Origin: Verrucomicrobiia bacterium
GTDB lineage: Bacteria; Methylomirabilota; Methylomirabilia; Rokubacteriales; CSP1-6
DNA length: 63,683 bases
Direction: 5' to 3'
Assembly: GCA_035493135.1 (NCBI GenBank)
Contig: DATJIR010000386.1
Coordinates: forward strand, 1 to 63,683
Shown here: in pieces, positions 27,585 through 38,024 of the stretch
How positions within the stretch are numbered: position 1 is the first letter of the stretch
Layout: the number at the start of each line of letters is the position of its first letter
Translations under genes and position numbers: made by a program
Notes under the pieces: generated by a model
Database searches by the model: none
The model's input: the letters and a program-made list of their open reading frames with translations, nothing else
Told to the model about the DNA's origin: nothing

Positions 27585-28237
27585 CTCTCGCTGGGATCGA
27601 CTTCGATGTTGGTGATGCGGAGGTAGCTGACCGCCACGCGCTCGTCGCCCTGCTCGAGCAGGACGCCGTCCTCGGCGATCTGGGCCAGGCTACCCTCGAT
27701 CGGCTCGGTGGCGTTCTTCACCGAGATGAGCACCCGCCGGCCCAGGTGACGCTGGGCCTCGGCCTGCCACATCGTCTTCTGCACCTCGTCGAACACGCCG
27801 GCCGCCTGGCGCGCGGCCGAGGCGGCCCGGCTCGCCGCGGTGATGGTGCCGAGGCCGGGAACCATCAGGCCCCCCGGCAGGACCGGGACCGTCGAGCCGC
27901 CGCTGCCCGGCGCGGTGGCGGCCGGCCGCGCGACCGCCTCCGACCCGGTCCCGGAGGCCGAGGACGTCGAGGCGGCCGTTCCCGGCCGCGCGGCGCCGTC
28001 CGGCTGCTCCTCGAGATAGCGCAGCACCTCGGATAGCCGCGCCATGAGGTTCGAGAAGATGAAGAGCCCGACCAGCGCGCAGGCGAGCGCCACTCCGAGC
28101 CCCATCTGGGCCTCGGTCAGCTTGAGCTGGTTCAGGGCGTAGAGCGTGTACGTGAAGAGCAGGAGGGGGATCACGGCCGTCAGCGCGAAAACGATGGAGG
28201 CCGCGTTCCGGAGCGTGTAGGTCCGGCCTCTACTCAT
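27581..28237 (-). CDS. Hypothetical membrane protein (2 TM, low-complexity linker, small beta-rich C-terminal domain)
   Basis: 218 aa with good TM segments (IVFALTAVIPLLLFTYTLYAL, GLGVALACALVGLFIF). The stop overlaps the stop of the convergent TPR gene. Confidence 0.55.
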   Translation of the reverse strand: MSRGRTYTLRNAASIVFALTAVIPLLLFTYTLYALNQLKLTEAQMGLGVALACALVGLFIFSNLMARLSEVLRYLEEQPDGAARPGTAASTSSASGTGSEAVARPAATAPGSGGSTVPVLPGGLMVPGLGTITAASRAASAARQAAGVFDEVQKTMWQAEAQRHLGRRVLISVKNATEPIEGSLAQIAEDGVLLEQGDERVAVSYLRITNIEVDPSES

Positions 28238-28346
28238 GACGCCTCAAATCTAGCGCGCCGGGCACCGCGCCCAAAGTTTTGAGAGAGCCGGCGCCGGGGG
28301 CCGCCGCCCGGGCCTCGGGCCCGCGTGATAGTATCCGACCGCGACC

Positions 28347-29138
28347 ATGAGCCCCACCCGGCGTACCTTGCGCGAGATGCGCGGCTTCGTCTTCGACCTC
28401 GACGGCTGCGTCTGGACCGGCGACGTCCTCACCCCCGGGGCCGCCCAGGTGCTCGCCCTGATCCGCGAGAAGGGCAAGGCCCTCTGCTTCCTCACCAACA
28501 ACTCGCGCGCCCGGGCCCGGACCATGCAGGCCAAGCTGGTGCGCCTGGGGGTGGAGGCCAAGGAGCCGGAGGTGCTCACGCCGCTCGAGATCCTGGGCGA
28601 GGTCGTGGCCCAGCGCTGGGGGCCGTCCCGGGTGCTGGCGATCGGCGGGCCCGAGCTGGCGGAGGTCCTGGTCGAGGCCGGCCACAGCCTCGTGCCGATC
28701 GACCGTTCCCGCGACGCCACGGTGGTGGTGGTGGGCAACGACTTCGACTTCAGCTACGAGCGCCTCACCGCGGCGGCCCGCGCGGTGGCGGCCGGCGCCG
28801 CCTTCCTCACCCCGAACATCGACCCGCGGCTGCCGATGGAGAACGGCGAGTTCCTGCCCGGCTGCGGGGCCGTCGTCGAGGCGGTGGCCACCGCGGCGGG
28901 CGTGCGACCGATCGTGGTGGGCAAGCCCGAGCCGCCGCTCTTCGAGCTGGCGCTCCAGCGGATGGGCCTCGGCGTCGACGAGGCCGCCATGGTCGGCGAC
29001 AGCGTGGACTCGGACGTGCGCGGCGCCCGGCGCGTCGGCATGACCGCGGTGCTCTTCGCGCCCAAGGGCGGTCCCGATGGCGTGGCGCACTATATGGTCA
29101 AGTCCATGTCCCAGCTGAGGCGGCTGCTGGGCGGGTAG
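28347..29138 (+). CDS. HAD-superfamily hydrolase, subfamily IIA (NagD-like)
   Basis: FVFDLDGCVW (motif I), FLTNNS (motif II), GDSVDSD (motif IV). Confidence 0.8.
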   Translation: MSPTRRTLREMRGFVFDLDGCVWTGDVLTPGAAQVLALIREKGKALCFLTNNSRARARTMQAKLVRLGVEAKEPEVLTPLEILGEVVAQRWGPSRVLAIGGPELAEVLVEAGHSLVPIDRSRDATVVVVGNDFDFSYERLTAAARAVAAGAAFLTPNIDPRLPMENGEFLPGCGAVVEAVATAAGVRPIVVGKPEPPLFELALQRMGLGVDEAAMVGDSVDSDVRGARRVGMTAVLFAPKGGPDGVAHYMVKSMSQLRRLLGG

Positions 29139-29140
29139 GG

Positions 29141-29836
29141 ATGCGCGTCTTCCTCCACTCGGGCGGGCCGCTCGGGCCGGTCGGTCGCGCGGCGCTGCCG
29201 GACTTCCTCGGCCCGCTCCACCGGGTGGCCTTCGTGACCGCGGCGAGTCTGCACGATCCTTCGGCGACCTTCGAGCGGGTGCGGGCCGCGCTCGAGCCGG
29301 CCCCGCCGGAGGGCGCGGGGCTCGAGCTCCTGCACCTGCGCTGGGACATAGATCCCCTCGACACCCTCGCCCGGGCGGAGGCGCTCTTCATGGGCGGCGG
29401 CAACACCTACGCGCTGCTCCAGCGGTTGCGCGGGGCCGGTCTGCTCGAGGCCATTCGCGCCCGCGTGGTCGCGGGGATGCCCTACATGGGAGCGAGTGCG
29501 GGCTCCAACGTGGCCGGTCCCACCATCCTCACCACCAACGACTGGAACGTGGTGGCCCTGGATCGCTTCGACGCCCTGGGGCTCGTCGGCTTCAACATCA
29601 ATCCCCATTACAAGGACGCCGATCCCATGATGGCGCCCTTCAGCGAGACGCGCGACGACCGGATCCGCGAGTACCACGTGGTCAACGCCAATCCGGTGCT
29701 GGGGCTCGAGGAGGGCGCGTGGGTGACCGCCGAGGACGGGGTGGTGACCGTGCACGGAACCGCGCGGGTGAAGCTGTTCCGGCCGGCCGCCGACCCGGTG
29801 TGGTACCGGGCCGACGACCGGCTGCCGGTTACTTAG
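29141..29836 (+). CDS. pepE: Peptidase S51 (dipeptidase E-like)
   Basis: 231 aa with FMGGGNTYALLQRLR and YMGASAGSNVAGPTI (nucleophile Ser region). ATG 29141 lies 3 nt after the HAD stop. Confidence 0.75.
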   Translation: MRVFLHSGGPLGPVGRAALPDFLGPLHRVAFVTAASLHDPSATFERVRAALEPAPPEGAGLELLHLRWDIDPLDTLARAEALFMGGGNTYALLQRLRGAGLLEAIRARVVAGMPYMGASAGSNVAGPTILTTNDWNVVALDRFDALGLVGFNINPHYKDADPMMAPFSETRDDRIREYHVVNANPVLGLEEGAWVTAEDGVVTVHGTARVKLFRPAADPVWYRADDRLPVT

Positions 29837-29844
29837 CGACCGCC

Positions 29845-29890
29845 CGGAAGGACCCGCCGTCTGTACTCGTCGTCGCATCGGGTCCTTCCG
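29845..29890. terminator. Bidirectional terminator-like hairpin between convergent genes
   Basis: A perfect 12-bp stem, cggaaggacccg paired with cgggtccttccg, with a 22-nt loop. Confidence 0.5.
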
Positions 29891-29930
29891 AGCGGCCTGG
29901 TTGGTCGGGGTCAGAAGAGCGGTCGGGCGG

Positions 29931-30635
29931 TCAACCCGAGCACTTCTGTCCCTTGGGTGTTTCGTAGTTGGCGACCTTGATCGTCCGGACGAAGGTATCC
30001 TCCCACACCTCGAGCGGCAGCCGGCCCATGTCCTGCACGCCGTCGAAGATCGAGAACTTGGCGCGCCGGGTGAACTCGCCCGCCGGCACGCGCTTGGCGA
30101 GGAAGCCGAGCGTGGTCTGCTTGTCGATGAAGAGGGCGAGGGTCTCGTTCACCGGCTGGACCGCGCCGCCCCCGGTGCCCGGTTTCAGCCACGACAGCAC
30201 CACCGAGAAGCCCTGCACGTTGGGATCGGCCACCAGCGGCTGGAGGGCCGCCATGCGCCGCAGAAGATCGGTGCCGTAGCGCGAGAACATCGCGGAGGCG
30301 CGGCGCTCCGCGGGCAGCGCGGCGAAGCGGGCGTCCTCGTCCTGGTCGATCATGATCCACACCGAGAGGTAGCGGTCGTCCTCCACCGCGCCCTTGGGCT
30401 GGCGGAAGCCGATGCCCGCCTTCTGCACGCCGACCCACGGCATGCAGTGGTAGATCTCCTCCCGCATCTGATTGAGGAGAGGCTGGTAGGTGGTGGCGAG
30501 CGTGCGGGCCTTGGCCGTCTTGTACTGGTCGACACTCATGATGGCTTCGTCGGCGGCCGCGGGAACCGGGATGACGAAGATGAGCGCGAGGGCGGCGAGC
30601 CGGCGAACGATGAAGCGGGACATCGTGTGTCGCAT
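29931..30635 (-). CDS. Hypothetical secreted protein
   Basis: 234 aa from ATG 30635 (AGGAGG 7 nt upstream). Signal peptide MRHTMSRFIVRRLAALALIFVIPVPAAA. No family recognised. Confidence 0.6.
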   Translation of the reverse strand: MRHTMSRFIVRRLAALALIFVIPVPAAADEAIMSVDQYKTAKARTLATTYQPLLNQMREEIYHCMPWVGVQKAGIGFRQPKGAVEDDRYLSVWIMIDQDEDARFAALPAERRASAMFSRYGTDLLRRMAALQPLVADPNVQGFSVVLSWLKPGTGGGAVQPVNETLALFIDKQTTLGFLAKRVPAGEFTRRAKFSIFDGVQDMGRLPLEVWEDTFVRTIKVANYETPKGQKCSG

Positions 30636-30941
30636 CGGGATCCTCCTGTCGCGGAGCGCATTTCCGATCCCGACGAGCGCTTTCGTGCGCCCTTCCTTCG
30701 GTAGCCCGGCCGTCAGGGGATCACCTGATCCGTGGCTTTGCGTCCCCGTCTCACGACGGGTTTGCCATTGTCGGGAAGAGACTCCGCGAGGAGAGAGGAG
30801 AGCAATCGCGATGCCAGCGCTCGCGGCGTGTTCGGGCCAGCAATGGCTGGTAGATAGCCGGCGGGCGCGGCGGCGGCCGTCATGGGCGTGACGCGTGTGT
30901 TGACCGTACGTCCGTGCGCAAGATGTGCTATCCATGCCGCG

Positions 30942-31655
30942 ATGCTCTCCGACGCGCCGCTCCCGATCAGCCTGCTCTTCGTCGCCACCGTGGTGGGCAT
31001 GCTGCTGCTGGTGCTGTGGGGCGCGACGCGGGCCGCCCGCGTGGCGGGCCCGGGCGCGGCGCGTGGGGTGCGACTCGCCGGCGTCGCGATGGGGGGCTGG
31101 CTCGCGCTGACCGCGGTGCTCGCCGACCGCGGTTTCTTCGAGGACTTCCACGCGCTGCCGCCCCACATGCTGCTGGCGGTCGGCCCGCCGCTGCTGGCCG
31201 CGCTCGCCCTCACCGCCTCGGGACGTCTCGACCCCCTCCTGGCCGTGATGCCCCCCTCGTGGCCGGTGGGCGCGCAGGCCTTCCGCATCGTGGTGGAGAT
31301 CGTGCTGTGGCGGCTCGCGGTAGCCGGGGTGGCGCCGGAGATCATGACCTTCACCGGACGCAACGTGGACATCCTGGTCGGGCTCAGCGCGCCGGTCGTG
31401 GCCTACGCCTGCTTCGTGCGCCGGGTCTGGCCCGCGCGGGTCGCGCGGTGGTGGAACTGGGCCGGCATCCTGATCCTGCTGAACGTGGTGGTGCACGCCC
31501 AGCTCTCCGCGCCGACGCGGTTCCGGGTGTTCGAGACCGAACCGGCGACCACCTTCATCGGCGACCTGCCCTTCATCTGGCTGCCCGCATTCCTCGTGCC
31601 GCTGGCCTGGGCGCTCCACGCGGTCTCGCTGCGCCAGCTCCGGTCGAGGCGGTGA
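30942..31655 (+). CDS. Hypothetical integral membrane protein
   Basis: About 237 aa and 6-7 TM. There is a GTGA overlap with the downstream AI-2E transporter gene. Confidence 0.55.
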   Translation: MLSDAPLPISLLFVATVVGMLLLVLWGATRAARVAGPGAARGVRLAGVAMGGWLALTAVLADRGFFEDFHALPPHMLLAVGPPLLAALALTASGRLDPLLAVMPPSWPVGAQAFRIVVEIVLWRLAVAGVAPEIMTFTGRNVDILVGLSAPVVAYACFVRRVWPARVARWWNWAGILILLNVVVHAQLSAPTRFRVFETEPATTFIGDLPFIWLPAFLVPLAWALHAVSLRQLRSRR

Positions 31656-32712
31656 GCGGCGCCGACGACCGCTTCTACCCGCGCGTCTTCGCGCTGGTGA
31701 CCGCCGCCCTCCTGGGTGGCGCGCTGTTCCTGATCGTGCGCCCCTTCCTGGAGGCGGTGCTCTGGTCCATGTTGCTCGCGTTCCTGCTCTCCCCGGCCCA
31801 GCGGGGAGTGGCGGCCCTCCTGCGCGGGCGGGCCACCCTCACCGCGATCCTCCTCACCCTGCTCACCGCGGTGGTGCTGATCGCCCCGGGCCCGCTGCTC
31901 GCGGTGGCCTTCGCGCGGCAGGCCCGGGAGCTGTTCGGCCGTGGGCAGAAGCTGGTCGCCGAGTCCGGCATCTCGGGGGCGGGCGACCTCCTCGAGATCC
32001 CCCTCGTGAGCCAGGCGATCCGGTGGGCCGAGGCCATGACCCCGGTCAGCGCCGACCAGATCCACGACTGGCTGGTGAGCGGTGCCCAGGCGCTCCTGCA
32101 GGGGCTCGTGGCGGTGAGCGGCGCCTTCGTGGTCGGCGCCCTGAACGCGCTGGTGGGGCTCGGCATCACCCTCTTCCTCCTCTTCTTCTTCCTGCGCGAC
32201 GGCGACCGGATGGTGACGAGCGCGGTGGGCCTGATCCCGATGGCCCCGGAGCGCCGGAGCCACCTCGTCGATCACGTGGGGGCGGTGATCCGCGCGGTGG
32301 TGTTCGGCTCGCTACTCACCGCCCTGGTGCAGGGGCTCCTGGTGGGAGTGGGCTTCGCGCTGGTGGGCCTGCCGTCGCCGGTGGTCTTCGGGGCGGTGGC
32401 CGCGGTGGCGGCCCTCATCCCGCTGATCGGCACCGCGCTGGTCTGGCTGCCCGGCGCGGGCGCGCTCTTCGTCCAGGGACACTGGATCGCGGGCCTGCTC
32501 CTGCTCGGCTGGGGGGTGGGCGTCGTGTCGAGCGCCGACAACGTGGTGCGGCCGCTGTTCATCTCGGGCCGCGCCCAGATCTCCACCCTGCCGGTGTTCC
32601 TGGGGCTGCTGGGTGGGGTGAGCGCGTTCGGCCCCATCGGACTCGTGGTGGGGCCGGTGGTGGTGGCCCTCACCCTCGCCCTCCTGCGCTTCGCGGAGGA
32701 GTCGCGCGGCGC

Positions 32713-32716
<4 letters not shown>
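31652..32716 (+). CDS. AI-2E family transporter (PerM/YdiK-like)
   Basis: 354 aa, multi-TM, with typical FFFLRDGDRM and GLLGGVSAFGPIGLVVGPV segments. GTG start. Confidence 0.75.
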
Positions 32717-33446
<730 letters not shown>

Positions 33447-33447
<1 letters not shown>

Positions 33448-34388
33448 TACCTCACGCGGGGCAGCACGTGGCGGGCGAACAGCTCGATCGCGGCGAGATC
33501 CTCCTGGTCGAGCATCTGCAGGAGCACCCGCTGCACCCCCGCCTCCTCCCACTGCCGGAGCTGCTCGATCACGTCGTCGGGGGTGCCCACCAGGAAGCTC
33601 GCCCCGCGCCAGGCCTCCTCGTCGGCCGGCATCTGGGGGAAGATCGCCCGCGCCGCCGCGATACGCTGCGCCACGTCGTGGCGATCACGGCCGATCGCGA
33701 GCGGGATCATCAGGGACCGGGTGATCGTCTCCGGATCGCGGCGGACCGCCGCGCAGTGCTTGGCCAGGACCTCGCGCTTCTGGCGGAAGGTGTCCGGGTC
33801 CACCCGGGTGACGTTCCACTCGTCGGCGAACTCGGCCGCGATGCGCAGGGTGCGCTTCTCCCCGCGGCCGCCGATCACGAGACGCAGCCGGCCGTAGGTG
33901 GGCAGGGGATAGTTCTCGGCCTTGTGGAGCGGATAGTAGGGCTGCTCGAGGGTGACCGGCTCGCCCACGCCCAGGGCCCGGATGTAGCGCGCCGCGCACT
34001 CCAGGCGGTCGAGCCGCTCCTTCATCGGCGGCAGCGCGATGCCGAACATGGCGTGCTCGTGCTCGTTCCAGCCGCCGCCCAGGCCCAGATCCATGCGCCC
34101 GCCGGAGAGGGCGTCGAGGGCCACCGCCATCTTGGCGAGCAGCGCCGGGTGGTAGAACGTGACCGGCGAGACCATGGGGCCGAAGCGCACCCGGTGCGAG
34201 CGGGCGGCCAGCACCGTGAGGGAGGTCCACGTCTCGAGCGAGGGCCGCTTCGATTCGCCCCAGAGCCCGGTGAGGTGATCCGACCGGCAGAGCGACTCGT
34301 AGCCCATGTCCTCGGCCGCCTGCACGAGTCGGAGCCAGCGCTCCCAGGTGAGCCCTTCCTGCCCCTCGATCATGATGCCGACGCGCAT
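33447..34388 (-). CDS. LLM-class (luciferase-like) F420-dependent oxidoreductase
   Basis: 313 aa, starting MRVGIMIEGQEGLTWERW, with an AGGAGG RBS. The C-terminus is typical of the TIGR-type F420-dependent LLM class. Confidence 0.7.
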
Positions 34389-34494
34389 GACCTGGCCTCC
34401 TGTGGTCTCCGGGATCCCGGTCGGGAGCCGGGCTCTCATGTATACCGCAACTGCGGCCCACGTGCGCCGTGATAAACTCTGCTCCGCCGCGGCC

Positions 34495-35748
34495 ATGGCG
34501 CCTTCCCAGCGACTGCTGCTCCTGATTCCCACCACCACGTACCGGACCGAGGACTTCGTCGAGGCGGCGCGGTCGCTCGACGTGGACCTGGTGATCGCGT
34601 CCGACCGTCCGAACATGATGGCGGGCGAGTTCCCGGACCACCTCCTGACCCTGCCCTTCTCCGATCCGGCCGCGTGCGCCCGCGAGATGCGCGAGTACGC
34701 GGCGCGCCGGCCGCTCGACGCGGTGGTGCCGGTCGACGACGCTACCACCGTGGTGGCCTCCGCGGTGGGCGAGGCGCTCGGCCTGCGCGTGAATCCGCTC
34801 GCCGCGGCCCAGGCCACCCGCGACAAGCGGGTGATGCGCGAGCTGCTCGCGCGGGCCGGGGTCCCCTCTCCCACCTTCACCCTGGTGCGGGTCGACGAGG
34901 ATCCCGCCGCCGCGGCCCGGCGCATGGCCTATCCGTGCGTGCTCAAGCCGCGGGTGCTCGCGGCGAGCCGGGGGGTGATCCGGGCCGACGACGAGGCCGC
35001 CTTCGTCGCCGCCTTCGCGCGCATCCGGGCCATCCTGCGCGAGCCCGAGGTGGCCGCGCTCGGCGAGGGGACCGACAGCATCGTCGTCGAGGGCTTCGTG
35101 CCGGGCGCCGAGGTAGCGCTCGAGGGCCTGCTGGAGGACGGCGCCCTCCGCACCCTGGCCCTCTTCGACAAGCCCGACCCGCTCGACGGGCCGTTCTTCG
35201 AGGAGACCATCTACGTGACCCCGTCGCGGCTGCCCGCCGCCACCCAGGCCGCGGTGGCCGACGTGGCGGCGCGCGCCGCGCGCGCGCTGGGGCTCTCCGA
35301 CGGCGCGGTGCACTGCGAGGTGCGCCTGCGCCCGGCCGCGGGGGGCGCGCTCGAGCCGGTGGTGCTGGAGATCGCGGCGCGCTCGATCGGGGGTCTCTGC
35401 GGGCGCACCCTGCGCTTCGGCACCGGCATGTCGCTCGAGGAGCTCATCCTGCGGCGGGCGCTGGGGCGACCGATCGACTCCCTCGAGCGCGAGCGGGCCG
35501 CGGCCGCGGTGATGATGATCCCGATCCCGCGCGGCGGCATCCTCGAGGAGGTGCGGGGCCTCGACGAGGCCCGCGCGGTTCCGCACGTCGAGGACGTCAC
35601 GATCTCGCTCCACAAGGGGCAGGCGGTCGTGCCGCTGCCGGAGGGCTCGCGCTATCTCGGGTTCATCTTCTCCCGCGCCGCGACGCCCGGCGAGGCCGAG
35701 GCGGCCCTGCGCGCGGCCCACCGTCGCCTGCAGCTCGTGATCCGCTGA
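34495..35748 (+). CDS. ATP-grasp domain protein (amino-acid/carboxylate-amine ligase-like)
   Basis: 417 aa. DKRVMRELLARAGVPSPTF, YPCVLKPRVLAASRGVIR and VHCEVRL are ATP-grasp signatures. Confidence 0.7.
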   Translation: MAPSQRLLLLIPTTTYRTEDFVEAARSLDVDLVIASDRPNMMAGEFPDHLLTLPFSDPAACAREMREYAARRPLDAVVPVDDATTVVASAVGEALGLRVNPLAAAQATRDKRVMRELLARAGVPSPTFTLVRVDEDPAAAARRMAYPCVLKPRVLAASRGVIRADDEAAFVAAFARIRAILREPEVAALGEGTDSIVVEGFVPGAEVALEGLLEDGALRTLALFDKPDPLDGPFFEETIYVTPSRLPAATQAAVADVAARAARALGLSDGAVHCEVRLRPAAGGALEPVVLEIAARSIGGLCGRTLRFGTGMSLEELILRRALGRPIDSLERERAAAAVMMIPIPRGGILEEVRGLDEARAVPHVEDVTISLHKGQAVVPLPEGSRYLGFIFSRAATPGEAEAALRAAHRRLQLVIR

Positions 35749-35763
35749 CCCGGGAGGGAGGCC

Positions 35764-36186
35764 ATGAGCATCGTGCGGGAGTTCGAGCGCGCCTTCAACC
35801 GACAGGACGTGGCGGCCCTCGTCGCCTGCTTCACCCCCGACGGGTCGTACCACGACACCTTCTTCGGCGGGCACACCGGCCCCGCGGGGCTGCGCGCCAT
35901 GTTCGAGCGCATGTTCCGCGAGGGCCGCGACTACCGGTGGACGATGGAGACGGTGGTGGAGACCGAGTCCGGCGCGGCGGCCGAGTGGAGCTTCGGCTAC
36001 ACCGTGACCGACGCGATCCCGCGGAGTGCGGGCCGCGCGGTGCGCTTCCGCGGCATGAGCCTGTTCGAGAAGCGCGACGGCAAGATCGCGGCGTACCGCG
36101 AGTCCTTCGACCTGGGCGCGGCCCTGCTCCAGCTGGGCTTCAGCCCGGAGGCGATGGCGAAGACCATCCGGCGTCATCGGCTGTGA
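35764..36186 (+). CDS. NTF2/SnoaL-like domain protein
   Basis: 140 aa, with the typical opening FERAFNRQDVAALVACFTPDGSYHD. Confidence 0.65.
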   Translation: MSIVREFERAFNRQDVAALVACFTPDGSYHDTFFGGHTGPAGLRAMFERMFREGRDYRWTMETVVETESGAAAEWSFGYTVTDAIPRSAGRAVRFRGMSLFEKRDGKIAAYRESFDLGAALLQLGFSPEAMAKTIRRHRL

Positions 36187-36187
36187 G

Positions 36188-37150
36188 GTGTCGACCTACA
36201 TCCTGCGGCGGCTCCTGCTGTTCGTGCCCACGCTGCTCGGCGCCTCGATCCTGATCTTCGTGCTGATGCGCCTGGTGCCGGGCGACATCGCGGAGATCCT
36301 GGTCTACCAGACCGGCTCGGAGTCGAGCGCGGTGCAGAAGAAGCAGATCCAGCAGATCCGTCAGGAGCTGGGGCTCGACCGGCCGGTGGTCGCCCAGTAC
36401 CTCGACTGGATCGGGGGCGCGGTCCGCGGCGACTTCGGCCAGTCCTACGTGCAGCGGCGCCCGGTGGTGGACATTCTCCGGGAGCGCTTCCCCCGCTCGA
36501 TGGAGCTGGCGGTGCTCACCCTGCTCCTCGCCATCGTCTGGGCGATCCCGCTCGGGGTGATCTCCGCGGTGCGACAGAACGGCCCACTCGACTACCTGGC
36601 GCGGCTGGTCAGCCTGAGCGGGCTCAGCCTGCCCCTGTTCTTCACCGGGGCCCTCATCCTCTACGGCCTGGTGCGCGTCTTCCACTGGCTGCCCCCGCTC
36701 GAGTTCGTGTCGTTCACCGAGGACCCGGTGGAGAACCTCAAGCAGCTCATCTGGCCCGCGCTGGCCCAGGCCTACTACATCAGCGCCCCGATCACCCGCC
36801 TGACGCGCTCGCAGATGCTCGAGGTGGTGCGGCAGGACTACGTGCGCACCGCGCGGGCCAAGGGGCTCGCCGAGGGCGCGGTGGTCTACCGCCACGCCCT
36901 CCGCAACTCGCTCTTGCCCGTCGTCACCTTCATCGGGTGGTGGGGCGGGCGCCTCCTGGGCGGGCTCGTGATCATGGAGATCATCTTCGTGGTGCCGGGC
37001 ATGGGGAGCGCGCTCATCCAGGCGGTCAGCCAGCGCGACTACCCGACCGTCCAGGCGATGGTATTCGTGATGGCGCTGGTGTTCCTGGCCGTGAACCTCG
37101 CGATCGATCTGCTCTACGCGTGGCTCGATCCGCGCATCCGCTACGCGTGA
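36188..37150 (+). CDS. ABC transporter permease (DppB/OppB-like)
   Basis: MSTYILRRLLLFVPTLLGASILIFVLMRLVPGD and DYVRTARAKGL. The GTG start is 1 nt after the upstream stop. Confidence 0.85.
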   Translation: MSTYILRRLLLFVPTLLGASILIFVLMRLVPGDIAEILVYQTGSESSAVQKKQIQQIRQELGLDRPVVAQYLDWIGGAVRGDFGQSYVQRRPVVDILRERFPRSMELAVLTLLLAIVWAIPLGVISAVRQNGPLDYLARLVSLSGLSLPLFFTGALILYGLVRVFHWLPPLEFVSFTEDPVENLKQLIWPALAQAYYISAPITRLTRSQMLEVVRQDYVRTARAKGLAEGAVVYRHALRNSLLPVVTFIGWWGGRLLGGLVIMEIIFVVPGMGSALIQAVSQRDYPTVQAMVFVMALVFLAVNLAIDLLYAWLDPRIRYA

Positions 37151-37157
37151 GGCGCGC

Positions 37158-37997
37158 GTGACCGGCGCCCTGGGGCGGTTCCTGCGTGGGCAGCCGCTGG
37201 GCGCGGCCGGCGCGGTGGTGGTCCTGGTCCTCGTCGCGGTGGCCCTGCTCGCCCCGCTGCTCGCCCCGCACGGCCCGAAGGAGACCGGCTTCGCGACCTA
37301 CGTCGCGCCGGGCCGCGAGTTCCCGATGGGGACCGACCAGGTCGGGCGCGACGTGCTGAGCCGGGTGATCTGGGGCGCGCGCCTCTCCCTCTACGTGGGG
37401 CTGGTCTCGGTGGTGTTCGGCATCACCCTCGGTGCGCTCTGGGGCGTGGTGACCGGCTACGTGGGCGGCGCGGCCGACACGGGCAGCCAGCGGGTGGTGG
37501 ATTGCCTCATGGCCCTGCCGCCCATCATCCTCGCCCTCTCCCTGATGGCCGCGCTGGGCCAGTCGGTCAACAACGTGATCCTGGCCCTGGTGATCCTGCT
37601 CACCCCCACCGCGGCCCGCACCCTGCGCGCGGTCGCGCTCGGGGTGGTGGCGAACCCCTTCATCGAGGCCGCGGAGGCCGCCGGCGCCTCGCGGACCCGC
37701 ATCATCGTCCGGCACCTCCTCCCGAACTGCCTGGCGAGCTACATCGTGCTCGTCACCACCAACATCTCGTACGCGATCGTGGTGGAGGCCTCGCTCAGCT
37801 TCATCGGCGCGGGCGCCCCGCCCGACGAGCCCTCGTGGGGCGGCATGCTCGCGCAGGGCATCCAGGCGCTCGAAACCGCGCCGTGGATGGTATTCTTCCC
37901 CGGACTGGCCATCAGCCTGGCCGTGTTCGGCCTCAACCTACTCGGCGATTCGATCCGCGATCTCACGGATCCCCGCCTGCGCGGCGGCCTCGGCTAG
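37158..37997 (+). CDS. ABC transporter permease (DppC/OppC-like)
   Basis: MGTDQVGRDVLSRVIWGARLSL motif, multi-TM. Confidence 0.85.
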   Translation: MTGALGRFLRGQPLGAAGAVVVLVLVAVALLAPLLAPHGPKETGFATYVAPGREFPMGTDQVGRDVLSRVIWGARLSLYVGLVSVVFGITLGALWGVVTGYVGGAADTGSQRVVDCLMALPPIILALSLMAALGQSVNNVILALVILLTPTAARTLRAVALGVVANPFIEAAEAAGASRTRIIVRHLLPNCLASYIVLVTTNISYAIVVEASLSFIGAGAPPDEPSWGGMLAQGIQALETAPWMVFFPGLAISLAVFGLNLLGDSIRDLTDPRLRGGLG

Positions 37998-38024
37998 CCG
38001 CGGAATCGCAAAGGAGCGACGACG

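Noticed and set aside
30636-30941. The 306-bp divergent intergenic region as a riboswitch or sRNA locus.
   Set aside because: There is a TTGACC at 30900-30905, but no convincing -10 element at proper spacing, no strong hairpins, and no motif that I recognise. It is most simply a divergent promoter region.
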